Below the pieces are notes generated by a model. It saw only the letters and a program-made list of their open reading frames with translations. It did no database searches and was not told the origin of the DNA. A stretch of DNA of 64,000 nucleotides from the NCBI GenBank assembly GCA_030698385.1, contig JAUYLZ010000018.1, positions 42,744-106,743 of the forward strand. The letters run 5' to 3'. Source of the stretch: a bacterium (GTDB lineage: Bacteria > Patescibacteriota > Patescibacteriia > Patescibacteriales > XYC2-FULL-47-12). This document shows, piece after piece, positions 9,049 to 18,698 of this stretch (within the stretch, counting starts at the first letter, position 1; every line of letters starts with the position of its first letter). The position numbers were made by a program, and so were the translations under genes.

Positions 9049-10455
9049 TTATTTTGTTAGTGAACATATTGTAGCAACACATTCGCTAACTGTCAATACC
9101 TGCTGTGTTCGCTTTGACATATTTTTGAGTTGCGCTTTCTTTTGCCGCAACTCATCCGGACCAATAATAATCACGAATGGAATATCTTTTCGTTGCGCGT
9201 AAGCGAGTTGCGCGCGTAGCGTGTGGTCCTCGCCGAGGTACAGCTCGGTACGAATTCCCGTGCTACGAAGTTCGGCACAACAGTGGAGGGAGGCATTACG
9301 CAACGCGCCATCCGACTGGTCAAAAATAGTTACAAGAACATCTGTTAGTGTTTCTTTCACTGTAACTAAGCCAAGTTGTTGCATCCCTACCAGCAATCGA
9401 TCTACGCCGACAGACGCACCGACGCCGGGAATGTTACTCCCCGGCATAAAACGATTCGTCAGGCCGTCAAAACGCCCACCCGAAAAAACACTGCCAAGTT
9501 TTGACAGATCGGTTAGTACGGTTTCAAACACCGGTCCGGTGTAGTAGTCCAGCCCACGGGCAACTGAAAGATCAAAGCACCAATTCGCCTCGGGAATATC
9601 GAGTACACGCAATGTTGCCACGATAATTTCAATTTCTCTTATACCATCTTCTCCGACATTTGACTTGCCGCAAAAAAACTCCTTGAGTTGTGCAATAACA
9701 TCTTGCGTGCTGTCTCCGCGTATTTCCAAAAAACTTTCCACCGCTGTTGCCTGTTCGGCGGAAAATGCTAGTGCTGACTCATCATACTCATTATCCGGTT
9801 GTCGCTGCATTTCTACCAGCACGCCTTCAATGCCGATTTTGTCCAGCTTGTCAATAACACGCAACATCTCGCTCGCCCGCTCACGGCAGTTAACAAGTTC
9901 GGCAAGACCATTGAGCAGCTTGCGCGTGTTAAAGCGGATGAGGAAATTTTTGATGCCGAGCGCGGTCATCGTCGCATACATTACCTGTATGACTTCCACA
10001 TCCGCGAGAATGGAATTTGAACCAATAGTGTCAAAATCAAACTGGTAAAACTCGCGGAAACGACCGGCCTGCGGTTTTTCACCGCGCCACACCCGACCAA
10101 TCTGATACCGCTTGAACGGCTTGGGCAAATCAGGATAAGCGGCGACAACGCGCGCCAGCGGTACCGTTAGGTCAAAACGCAATGTATAGTTTTGTTCCCA
10201 CGTTGCATTAGCAATCTTTTCATCCTCAATGCCGCGCGCGATACGAGCGGTGAAGATGCTTTTCTCCACCTTGGCATTGCCGGTGAGTACATCCCAGCGC
10301 TCCATGCAGGGCGTTTCTAATGGCACAAAACCAAATGATTCATATACTCGGCGAATGGTTGCGATCATATCCTGAAACATAATCGCTTCCCCGGGCAGCA
10401 TATCCCGAAACCCGCCGAGTAACTCTGGTTTGATTGTTATTGTTTTGGTTGACAT
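9049..10455 (-). CDS. hisS: histidine--tRNA ligase
   Basis: 468 aa. Contains GFRDMLPGE and motif 2 WRGEKPQAGRFREFYQFDFDTIG. The REFYQxDFD form resembles eukaryote/archaeal-like HisRS. Confidence 0.9.
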   Translation of the reverse strand: MSTKTITIKPELLGGFRDMLPGEAIMFQDMIATIRRVYESFGFVPLETPCMERWDVLTGNAKVEKSIFTARIARGIEDEKIANATWEQNYTLRFDLTVPLARVVAAYPDLPKPFKRYQIGRVWRGEKPQAGRFREFYQFDFDTIGSNSILADVEVIQVMYATMTALGIKNFLIRFNTRKLLNGLAELVNCRERASEMLRVIDKLDKIGIEGVLVEMQRQPDNEYDESALAFSAEQATAVESFLEIRGDSTQDVIAQLKEFFCGKSNVGEDGIREIEIIVATLRVLDIPEANWCFDLSVARGLDYYTGPVFETVLTDLSKLGSVFSGGRFDGLTNRFMPGSNIPGVGASVGVDRLLVGMQQLGLVTVKETLTDVLVTIFDQSDGALRNASLHCCAELRSTGIRTELYLGEDHTLRAQLAYAQRKDIPFVIIIGPDELRQKKAQLKNMSKRTQQVLTVSECVATICSLTK

Positions 10456-10519
10456 GATATTTCTCCTTATTTTATTTCATGTTATAAAAAACATGAAGTA
10501 TTACGATTCTTGTGATTGG

Positions 10520-11326
10520 TCACTGCTCTGCAATCCAGCGGAGGCATTCTGCTAAACCCGCGGTGTAGTCTGCCGTGGCGATAAACGCCGCGCGATCTTT
10601 ATAACCGTCCGTGGCGTTGCCGACGGCGCAATGTGTCACGCACGGATCGTCAATAAAGTCGGCGAGCTGGTCGCCCACCATGTAATATAGCACATCTCCG
10701 AAAACACCGCGTATAACACGGTAGCCATCAGTTTTGGTTACGCCGCTGGCGTGCGCAATCGCAATGCCATATGATTGGTTGTAGTCCAACGGCTCAAGTC
10801 CCGCGGGCAGTGATAGTTGTGTGATAGCCGCAATTGCTTCATTACTCCAGTCTACATCAATGTGTGTCGCACCCATACTGTCGCTCACGAGCAAATAGAA
10901 GCCGATGCTCTGCTGGCGCAGCGCGTCAACAATCAACAACCGTTGTCCGGACGGAAATGTTTTTCGCTCGCGAATCCAAGTTGCAGAGTCGCCCGCGTGA
11001 ACTGACGCGCCATGCCGCGCTAGTGTGTTTTGCAACGCTCGTATGTACTCACCAATGCCTGTCACGTTCTTTACGAATGTGCAGGCGCCACGATTGCTAA
11101 TAACCGCGCCCTTCTCGCCGATGGTAACCTCCGGTGCAAATCCGAGCCAGTCGGCGATATTCTTTTTAAGCCGTTGCACGGGTGTATCAGAATTAGGCAC
11201 GATTATCAGCCCTTGCTGACGAAACGACGCTACTATATCCGTAACATTTTGTGTAACTTGATATTGCGTGTCTACGACAACGCCATCTTGGTCAACCATA
11301 ACAACTTTTTGCATACTAAACTCCAT
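10520..11326 (-). CDS. HAD-superfamily hydrolase
   Basis: 268 aa. Has an N-terminal DQDGVV (DxDx[TV]) motif and a C-terminal GDQLADFID. Confidence 0.6.
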   Translation of the reverse strand: MEFSMQKVVMVDQDGVVVDTQYQVTQNVTDIVASFRQQGLIIVPNSDTPVQRLKKNIADWLGFAPEVTIGEKGAVISNRGACTFVKNVTGIGEYIRALQNTLARHGASVHAGDSATWIRERKTFPSGQRLLIVDALRQQSIGFYLLVSDSMGATHIDVDWSNEAIAAITQLSLPAGLEPLDYNQSYGIAIAHASGVTKTDGYRVIRGVFGDVLYYMVGDQLADFIDDPCVTHCAVGNATDGYKDRAAFIATADYTAGLAECLRWIAEQ

Positions 11327-11498
11327 CCTTTCTATTGTATAAAGATCAAAAAATCAAAAAATTTTGAACAATACCATGTTTGCACTATGAAAGCTATTAT
11401 TCAGTATTTGCTTACTTTAGGCAAAATATATCAGGTATTGACAAATATTTTTAATAGTATAGAATGATGGTATCACTTTAATAAAATAAAGTCAAGCC

Positions 11499-11816
11499 AT
11501 GCAAAAATGGGATAATCAAAATACAAGAAATCTGATTACTACCTTATTGTTACTAAAAAATGAAGCTGAAATGAAACGTTTTCTGCGTGATTTGCTTACT
11601 GAAAACGAAATCATTGAATTCGGCAAGCGCTGGCAGGCAGCGCAGTTGCTGAACGAAACTGTACCGTACACTGATATCATCCAAAAAACCGGCTTAAGTT
11701 CTACAACCGTGGCGCGTATTTCCAAATGGCTCCGGCACGGCAGGGGCGGCTACCGTTTGGCGCTCAAAAAAATACATGGCCACCATGTAAATGTTAAGAG
11801 TGGTGCATCGCCTTGA
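11499..11816 (+). CDS. TrpR/YerC-family DNA-binding protein
   Basis: 105 aa. Contains MKRFLRDLLTENEIIEFGKRWQAAQLL...GLSSTTVARISKWL. A TTGACA/TAGAAT promoter lies upstream. Confidence 0.7.
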   Translation: MQKWDNQNTRNLITTLLLLKNEAEMKRFLRDLLTENEIIEFGKRWQAAQLLNETVPYTDIIQKTGLSSTTVARISKWLRHGRGGYRLALKKIHGHHVNVKSGASP

Positions 11817-11932
11817 TGTTAAATATGTTCGATATAAAATTTAACATCAAGGCAATCTCCCATCTCTTACGCGATGAGGGATATTATTTTGCTCTTTAAC
11901 AAAATTCAATGGAAATGAAGGGAGAAAGTAAG

Positions 11933-12898
11933 ATGTATGACAACTCGCTATCAATAATAATTGATACGGATCCGGGTGTTGATGACGCGCTCGCGATTAT
12001 GTTTGCGCATCGTGCGAACATGCTGGCGGTACGGGGCATTACCACGGTCTTCGGCAATCAAAGTATTGAGAAAACCACACGAAATGCCTGTACAGTCGTT
12101 GACATTATCGGCGCAGAAGCCCTAATCTACCGTGGTGCTTCCCGTCCGCTCGTAAAACAAGCTTTTTGCGCGGAAAGCCACGGTGAAACTGGACTCGGCG
12201 GTTATTGGCAGAATGGTGAACTTCGTAATGATAAACCGCTCACGCAGCCAGTCGAAAACGCCAATGCAGTAGATTTTCTGGCACAAACAATTTCAATGGG
12301 AACAATGATTGCGTGTATAGGACCTGTCACCAACCTTGCGATACTCGCAAATCTCTGCCCGGATGTTCTCCGCAGAGTACAATCGCTTATCGTAATGGGC
12401 GGCGTCTTCGGTGAACCGGGCAATACCACTCCGTGGGCGGAATTCAATGTTTACTGCGATCCGGATGCGTTCGCACAACTGCTCGCCTTTTCGGATGTGA
12501 GTAAAGTACTAATTCCGGCGAATATCTGCCGAACAGTAACCATGGATGAGGATGACTTTATTGGTATTCAAAATCAAGCGCTCTCCAGCGCCATCAAAGA
12601 CATTGTCAGTGAATATGTTGCTTACTACCGCGGCGAACACGTCTACGGCGGCTTTGCCGGAGGCATCATGTATGATACGCTCGTCATCGCTTACATTCTC
12701 TGGCCGGAACTTTTCAATACTACGCCCAGACATGTGGTGGTTGAAACCGGTAATGGCTCCGCGCGCGGCGCGACCGTAATTGACCGTAAACGAGATAACG
12801 AGCCGAATTGCCTGCTCGCTTGTCCTAGCAACGAAAAGCCGCTTGGCGTGGATGCACAAGAGGTGAAGCGTCGTTTGTTACAACTTCTATCTGGATAA
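11933..12898 (+). CDS. nucleoside hydrolase (IU-NH family)
   Basis: IIDTDPGVDDALAIMFA aspartate cluster. Start moved to MYDNS (GGGAG, then 8 nt, then ATG). The track ORF starts at 11909. Confidence 0.85.
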   Translation: MYDNSLSIIIDTDPGVDDALAIMFAHRANMLAVRGITTVFGNQSIEKTTRNACTVVDIIGAEALIYRGASRPLVKQAFCAESHGETGLGGYWQNGELRNDKPLTQPVENANAVDFLAQTISMGTMIACIGPVTNLAILANLCPDVLRRVQSLIVMGGVFGEPGNTTPWAEFNVYCDPDAFAQLLAFSDVSKVLIPANICRTVTMDEDDFIGIQNQALSSAIKDIVSEYVAYYRGEHVYGGFAGGIMYDTLVIAYILWPELFNTTPRHVVVETGNGSARGATVIDRKRDNEPNCLLACPSNEKPLGVDAQEVKRRLLQLLSG

Positions 12899-12966
12899 CA
12901 GTGGAACAAATTGACAAATGTTTGCCTATCCCTATAATAAATATAGGAAATTGAAAGGAGAATATT

Positions 12967-13725
12967 ATGAAAAGTAACATCTTTATTATTACCGCTGCCG
13001 GTGGTAACGCTACCGCTATTGAAATAACCCCCGCAGAGCTTGACCATGTAGAATACAGCAGGCAAGGAAAAAAGTTGATGGCTCGCACGCAACAATATGG
13101 TGTTGAACAGTGTGGTTTCTTAATTCCCGAGGCGAATCATTTCGAGATGAGCGGCGGGGAATTTTGCGGAAATGCAGCACGAGCGGCATCAATTTTATTT
13201 TCTCAACTTAATGGCAGCCCAAATGTTACATTTTCCATGTCCGGTTTGGCTGGTACGGTAACTGGTACTGTAAAACGTAAACGAGACAATGTATATGATG
13301 TTACCTGCGTATTTCAAGGTATGGAAATTATTCAGCGCAAGGTATGGATTGAGGGAAAACCAGCAGAGTTGGTTGATCTGGGTGGTATCGTCCATGTAGT
13401 ACTGGAATCTGCATTTCCTGCCGATTACGAAGCACAACACCGTCGCATTGTACAAAAACTGCATCTGTCCGAGAAAGATGCTGTTGGTGTGTGTTGGGTT
13501 GAAAGAAAAAATCGCTCCGTGACTATACACCCTGTAGTATGGGTGCGCGGCATAGACTCATTTTTTTATGAGAGTTCGTGCGGTTCCGGCAGTATAGCAG
13601 CAGGTAAAACTCAAAATGTTTCTTCGGTCATTCAACCTACGGGACAAAGCATCGAGGTTGAATTTTCAGAAAGTACAATCACACTACACAGTGAAATGGA
13701 GGTGACTCATGAATACGAATGGTAA
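12967..13725 (+). CDS. DapF-fold PLP-independent amino-acid epimerase/racemase-like protein
   Basis: 252 aa. Two Cys motifs, GGEFCGNAARAA and ESSCGSGS, resemble the paired catalytic Cys of diaminopimelate epimerase-like enzymes. The substrate is unknown. Confidence 0.55.
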   Translation: MKSNIFIITAAGGNATAIEITPAELDHVEYSRQGKKLMARTQQYGVEQCGFLIPEANHFEMSGGEFCGNAARAASILFSQLNGSPNVTFSMSGLAGTVTGTVKRKRDNVYDVTCVFQGMEIIQRKVWIEGKPAELVDLGGIVHVVLESAFPADYEAQHRRIVQKLHLSEKDAVGVCWVERKNRSVTIHPVVWVRGIDSFFYESSCGSGSIAAGKTQNVSSVIQPTGQSIEVEFSESTITLHSEMEVTHEYEW

Positions 13726-14293
13726 GTATAGATTTATCGAAGTAGGTCATTTCGATAACTGCTATTTGGAAAGATTTACGCAAGTTTATCAAGAATCGTT
13801 TGCTGGCCCGCCATACTTTGAGACATATAGCGACCTTGATATTGAGCGTGATGTTTGGACACCGCATTTAAAGAGTGGCTGTATCGTTTTAGCGTTACAT
13901 GCGGGTGAGGTAGTAGTTGGCTTGGGGTGTGCGATGCCGGTGACCCAATGGCAACATGATAAGGAATTTCAGGCTTTCCTTATTGATCACAAACATTGTC
14001 TGCCATTTTGTCTGGATAACGTTTGTTTCATGACGGAAGTGGCGGTAGCAACAAACCATCGCCGACAAGGTATTGGTACGCGTCTAGTGCAAAGCAGAAT
14101 TGAATGGGCGTGCAGGAACGGCATGTCTCACTATATGATGCGCACGGCCGCTGAAGGATCAAATTCAATATGTATGTACCGTAAACTAGGCGCACAGGAG
14201 CTAAATGGCCTTGTTCAGAATGTTAGCGTTCATGCGAAAAAAGTTGGTTCAGCGAGCAAAAAAAGAGTGTACCTCTACGGTTCTGTTGGCTAA
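13709..14293 (+). CDS. GNAT-family N-acetyltransferase
   Basis: 194 aa. Acetyl-CoA motif VAVATNHRRQGIGTRLV. Overlaps the upstream gene by 17 nt. Confidence 0.7.
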   Translation: MNTNGKYRFIEVGHFDNCYLERFTQVYQESFAGPPYFETYSDLDIERDVWTPHLKSGCIVLALHAGEVVVGLGCAMPVTQWQHDKEFQAFLIDHKHCLPFCLDNVCFMTEVAVATNHRRQGIGTRLVQSRIEWACRNGMSHYMMRTAAEGSNSICMYRKLGAQELNGLVQNVSVHAKKVGSASKKRVYLYGSVG

Positions 14294-14311
14294 ATACAAA
14301 ACCCTTTCTCA

Positions 14312-15046
14312 TCAGAGAAAGGGTTTATTTTTTTTAAAATCCAACAGCGAGTAAAGCGATTTTTTTTTGCCATAAAACGCTGCCCATTCCCGATCGCCGT
14401 ATGAAAAATGCCACCATTCTCCGTAAAAGGGCGCGAAATTCTGTTGTGTCAAAGAATCATGCAGTAGCTTACGGTTCTTTGCTTGGATTTTTGAGATATT
14501 TTTACTAAAAGTTTTTATTACTTCTGTATTAGTATAATCGGCAATATTAGTTCCCATGTCTAATTCTCCATTATCATCAACAATCGTTACGTCAACAGCA
14601 CCTCCAGTCACATGACCCGCGACTTCCGGCATAGCTACAAAATTATGTGTTATTGCATTAAGCTCATCTTCAGATAAATCAGGGTGCTGTGCGCGAATAA
14701 TATCCTTTCGTTTGATAAAATATTTTTTTTGCACAACTGGGTGACGATACCCGTAGACCACTTTTAATTTATAGTTTGGATTAATTTTTTTTAAGCTGTT
14801 ATTAGCTTTATTAAGTTTTTGAGCTACGGTTTTTCGTACAAAAATGCTATTGCCAATATAAGGTTTCATGTCAATTTTTTTATATTTACATATTATATCT
14901 GCACACACTTTATTCAAATCTACCAATTCTTCATTATTTTCATAAACCTTTATTTTTTGCAATTCCGCAATATTAAAAATTTTTCTATTTTGAATATAAC
15001 TTGTCATAGTTACAACTATAGCAAATTTTTCTCTTTCTACCAACAA
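14312..15046 (-). CDS. D-Ala-D-Ala dipeptidase (VanX/DdpX, peptidase M15D)
   Basis: Contains YGYRHP, GHVTGGAVDVT and EWWHFSYGD motifs. The true start may be internal (MTSYIQ). A terminator hairpin AAACCCTTTCTCatcaGAGAAAGGGTTT overlaps the stop. Confidence 0.8.
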   Translation of the reverse strand: MLVEREKFAIVVTMTSYIQNRKIFNIAELQKIKVYENNEELVDLNKVCADIICKYKKIDMKPYIGNSIFVRKTVAQKLNKANNSLKKINPNYKLKVVYGYRHPVVQKKYFIKRKDIIRAQHPDLSEDELNAITHNFVAMPEVAGHVTGGAVDVTIVDDNGELDMGTNIADYTNTEVIKTFSKNISKIQAKNRKLLHDSLTQQNFAPFYGEWWHFSYGDREWAAFYGKKKSLYSLLDFKKNKPFL

Positions 15047-15590
15047 CCGAGTAACTAATTATTGTGTCAGGTTAAAAAAATACCCCACAGAAATATACTG
15101 TGGGGTAATGATAAACTTTGTACTACATACAAACTGTATAAAACTATTACTGATTATGTTGCATGTTTAATTCTTCAACAGTTTCTTCATTGCCCAGCAC
15201 AAACGCCTCGCTGTCAGCTCTGTCCGTATTGCGTGCAAAGATAATGACGCAATCCGCAAGCGCATGAACTTCGCTACCACCACCACAACCAATAAGCTCT
15301 CCAGCGTGTAGTGGCTCAAAATCGGCAAAGATTCTGGCGCGCTATTGAAGAAGTGTCACATACAATAATTAAATGTGGCAACCTGCCACGCCTGCCTTTC
15401 GGATCACCATGTAACGGCGATCCTTTCGTATCGTACCTTGAATCGCTTATTCGATAATACGGTGGACATGTACGTGCCCGCCGAATGACAATGATGAAAT
15501 ATAGTAATCATTGTCTTTTTTTTGAAAAAAATCCCCTCCTGTTAACACAATACAAGAGGGGTTGTTAGTATAAAAACAACAAGTTATACA

Positions 15591-16637
15591 CTAAACCAAA
15601 CTACTTATCATACTCTCTAATGCTTCAACCACAGTCGTTTTCACTAAATTAGGTCGTTGTTGCGCTATTGAGAGCGGGATACGATCTAAATCTCCCAAAT
15701 AAACTTTTCGTCCCGATAGTCGTTCAATTTCCAAAAACAGTGCAATGGATTGCTGTATACAGAAAGCTCTGAATTCTCCGCTCATATCTTTAATAGATGC
15801 CCATTGTTGCAACCATTGTGGATCTTCTGTGTAGAAAGCGCCGATAGTTTTGCGCTGTTCCGGTAAAAAAATTGATGACAGCTGATTATCAAAGACGGTT
15901 CTTCCTCCGCAAGGTATGCCGGGGAAAAAATCACGCTCACATACCCAATCCAGTACGGGTCGATTGTCAGATTCATACGTCTGCACGGCGCATATTTTGT
16001 GATGAGGAAGGTCTAAATCAGTAATGTGTCCTCTCTTTTTAATGCATAGACCAACAACAACGCCGACAACTGTGTAATGATGTTCTCTTAAAGTTTGTAG
16101 CGCCCACTGCATAGTATTGCCAGTCCACATGCCGTCGTCAACCACAACCACGTTGTAATTGAAACCGCTGACAGTTTTTTGAAAATTACTAATCTGCGTT
16201 GCCAGTGGTGGTGTGTGGGGATATACCTGACGACCTAGGTCTCTGCCATGGCCGTCAATACCACGAGTGATGTGCAGAGAGAAGACCTTACAACTCAACG
16301 CTAAAGGGTACACTTTATCTAAAGAGATAACCGAATCAAAATCAATCTCTTTACCTATAAAATCATAAATCATAGGTTGGAGTGCACCGACAATATAATG
16401 ATACGGCTGTGAGTCAACAATACATACCTTTTCTTCGGTATTTAACGCTTTGTCTACGGCAGAACGCAAATGTTGATGATTGCGAGCGAACCATTTTTTA
16501 TCAGGGACTACAAACTGAGTTTGTTCTGACCATGTTTTTATTAGAGGGTATAAATCCTCACTAATAATGTAGTGCTGATGGCCACTTTCATGATCAGTTG
16601 TTAATGAATAGCACGAATGATGGTGGGGATCTTGCAT
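15591..16637 (-). CDS. phosphoribosyltransferase-domain protein
   Basis: VVVVDDGMWTGNTM is a type I PRT PRPP-binding motif. Start moved to MQDPHHH (AAGGAG, then 7 nt, then ATG). The N-terminal half is unrecognised. Confidence 0.55.
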   Translation of the reverse strand: MQDPHHHSCYSLTTDHESGHQHYIISEDLYPLIKTWSEQTQFVVPDKKWFARNHQHLRSAVDKALNTEEKVCIVDSQPYHYIVGALQPMIYDFIGKEIDFDSVISLDKVYPLALSCKVFSLHITRGIDGHGRDLGRQVYPHTPPLATQISNFQKTVSGFNYNVVVVDDGMWTGNTMQWALQTLREHHYTVVGVVVGLCIKKRGHITDLDLPHHKICAVQTYESDNRPVLDWVCERDFFPGIPCGGRTVFDNQLSSIFLPEQRKTIGAFYTEDPQWLQQWASIKDMSGEFRAFCIQQSIALFLEIERLSGRKVYLGDLDRIPLSIAQQRPNLVKTTVVEALESMISSLV

Positions 16638-16775
16638 GATAAATCTCCTTTGATAATTTGATAAAAAGATCTGTAGGTGCGTTAGCAACCTATACTGTTA
16701 AATTAGGGTAATTGTATAAAAAAGTCAATAGTGTGCACTCGTCCATGTTACACTTAACACTAAGGAGTGCAAAAT

Positions 16776-16945
16776 ATGATAAAACCTGTTAACATCTGTT
16801 GATTTGACCATTTAAGCCAAAATAAAACAGATATTATGCAAACAATAGCTGAAAGGAAATTAAATCCGCTTTAAGTACTACTTATCTGGCGAAGCTAAAA
16901 AAAGATTAAAGTGGATGTATATCATTCATTACGAATGCGGGGGGG
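16776..16945 (+). pseudogene. degraded 5' stub of an IS481-like transposase (HTH leader region)
   Basis: After AAGGAG comes MIKPVNIC*FDHLSQNKTDIMQTIAERKLNPL*. In the +1 frame follows KYYLSGEAKKRLKWMYIIHYECGG. It ends in a G9 run at 16939-16947, where composition changes. The family call is from memory of the xxAKxRLxWxxxY pattern. Confidence 0.35.
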
Positions 16946-17245
16946 GGATTGGGCGGGCGGCCAACCATAGGCCATAGTGCGCTACACCAAGTTATCTTCA
17001 TTTTTGAGCGCCGTACCCTGCGCTATCCCAATCCGCCAACTGGAGGACGGGGATATTCCGAGTAATACAGTCGCTGGATTCGGCATTTGGTAGCCGTAAC
17101 TGCTGGCATAATCGCCTAGTACCATTTTTAGTATACAAAAATAAAATGACTCACGCTACTTGAATTAAGATAGCATGAGTCATGAAACATAAGTTAACCG
17201 CTAAGCTCAAAGGTCAAGGAGACCAAAGAACCTAAGTCCGGAGAA

Positions 17246-17960
17246 CTAGTTGCTTGCGAGGGAAGCCGAATGACTGAAACCGTGGAAGTGGTAGCCAAGC
17301 GAAGTGTTGTCCCAGTACCACTCGGAATCGGAATCGTTGAAACGCAGAGACAGCACGTTCCGACTGCCGTCCGAAAACCGCAAAACGAGACCGAGGAATA
17401 AAATTGTCTTTACGCCTTTTCGTTTTCGGCGTAACTTCTCCAGTACACTGTCTTCACGGTTGTCTAGGTAATCCTCCCACAGTGAGAAAAACGACCTGCC
17501 TCCGAGCTGAATGTTGTCGCTATTTTTGGCGCGCCGAAGTTTCTCTTCGCCCGTGATTGAAGCTTCACCTTCTTGAATATGAGTCTCCAAGAGAACCTGA
17601 CTCCAATCAACAGATGACAGGTTGTCCTCCCGGGCGTCACGATCTTCCTCGCCCTCCAACCCGTTGCCGTCAGCTGGACCTTTCCAAGCGGGGCAAGGCA
17701 CTCCCAAAAAGGTTGAAAGGATTGAATGGCTTGTCACACGCAATTTCAAAGTCCTCGCGTGCTATTGTCGCCAGACCATGCAAGACATCCAGGACACCCT
17801 TGTTCTCGCGCACTATTGTCGCCAGACCATGCAAGACATTCAGGATACCCTTCAAGGTTTTTTGCTGACGAAGCGTGGTGACGTCTTCGGAAAAAAATCC
17901 CGCCCTCTCCAAGTCATCCGCCAACTGTTTCATTTGATCAACTGTGAATAAAGTAGACAT
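17246..17960 (-). pseudogene. hypothetical gene split by a frameshift (track ORFs 17670..17960 and 17246..17749)
   Basis: Two overlapping same-strand ORFs. The frames can be joined at a T5G3 run near 17700. No recognisable domain. Confidence 0.3.
17754..17855. repeat. 51-bp tandem duplication (2 copies, 4 mismatches)
   Basis: CTCGCG[TG/CA]CTATTGTCGCCAGACCATGCAAGACAT[C/T]CAGGA[C/T]ACCCTT. It encodes KGILNVLHGLATIVREN / KGVLDVLHGLATIARED. Confidence 0.8.
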
Positions 17961-18016
17961 CGCCTACCTCCTATTTTTTTTGGACATCGTCCAAGAATGT
18001 GCCAGCGGACTACTTT

Positions 18017-18081
18017 CGTAGCCATAGCCGCAAGCTCTCTCCGCCAGCGGGCGGATTCAAGACCTTGCGGCTATGGCTACG
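18017..18081. repeat. perfect 18-bp inverted repeat (long hairpin)
   Basis: CGTAGCCATAGCCGCAAG ...29 nt... CTTGCGGCTATGGCTACG. Followed by GGATTCgcatttGAATCC. Confidence 0.85.
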
Positions 18082-18263
18082 CGCTGATTGTCAAGGTTCA
18101 ACCCGGATTCGCATTTGAATCCGAACACCTGTAAAATAAAAGAGTAGAATTTTAATCAAGAAAATATAATCAAAAAAAAGACATCAATCGCTTGATTACA
18201 AAACCCCAGCCCAAATATATTTTTCGAAATAATTTTAAAATAATTAACTAACTTAAAATCCAC

Positions 18264-18566
18264 CTAATACACCCAATATTGTTGTCTTGACAAGGGGTAC
18301 ACCTTAGTATTCATTTCCAACATACATCTGTTATCGTGTCCAAATATATCCGAACTGCAAAAAATACAATGCTGATTGCAGAAGCCAGATGGCCAAATTT
18401 CTGTAGCTACCAAATGATTACGATTTTCTCTGACTAAATCTACATAAAATGATACGTCTACCGGATAAAAAAATTGTGAAGAAGCAATAATGCGGCTTTT
18501 ATCGTTTGATGATTCGACATTATTCCACTTATTAAAAATGTTAACCGGTTCAACTATTCTGGACAT
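18264..18566 (-). pseudogene. N-terminal fragment of a second radical SAM enzyme
   Basis: 100 aa ORF containing EIWPSGFCNQHCIFC (CxxxCxxC), then ending abruptly. Not similar to the 4308..5468 protein. Confidence 0.5.
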
Positions 18567-18625
18567 TTTTTTCCATCCTTTCTTAAAATTTTAATGAACT
18601 AAAATGAACTGCTTTTATCCTAACA

Positions 18626-18698
18626 CCAAAAACTTTGGTGTCTGGATTTATTGTACCAATAACATAAAATAATAGCAAAAAAGGTTGACATTGTCAAC
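18626..18698. repeat. 73-bp intergenic module, copy B
   Basis: Matches 3322..3394 with 4 mismatches. Here the plus-facing TTGACA runs straight into the 3' end of the convergent FadL-like gene. Confidence 0.8.

Noticed and set aside
16776-16945. The in-frame TGA in the transposase stub as evidence for UGA recoding (code 4 or 25).
   Set aside because: Well-supported genes in the window, for example the rSAM gene, end at TGA in sensible positions. The stub also has a TAA and a frameshift, so it is simply degraded.
16930-18150. Retron or diversity-generating retroelement. This was prompted by the structured flanks, the internal duplication and the unusual C-terminal region of the 167-aa ORF.
   Set aside because: There is no reverse transcriptase gene in or near the segment. 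I could not find a template/variable repeat pair differing at adenines.
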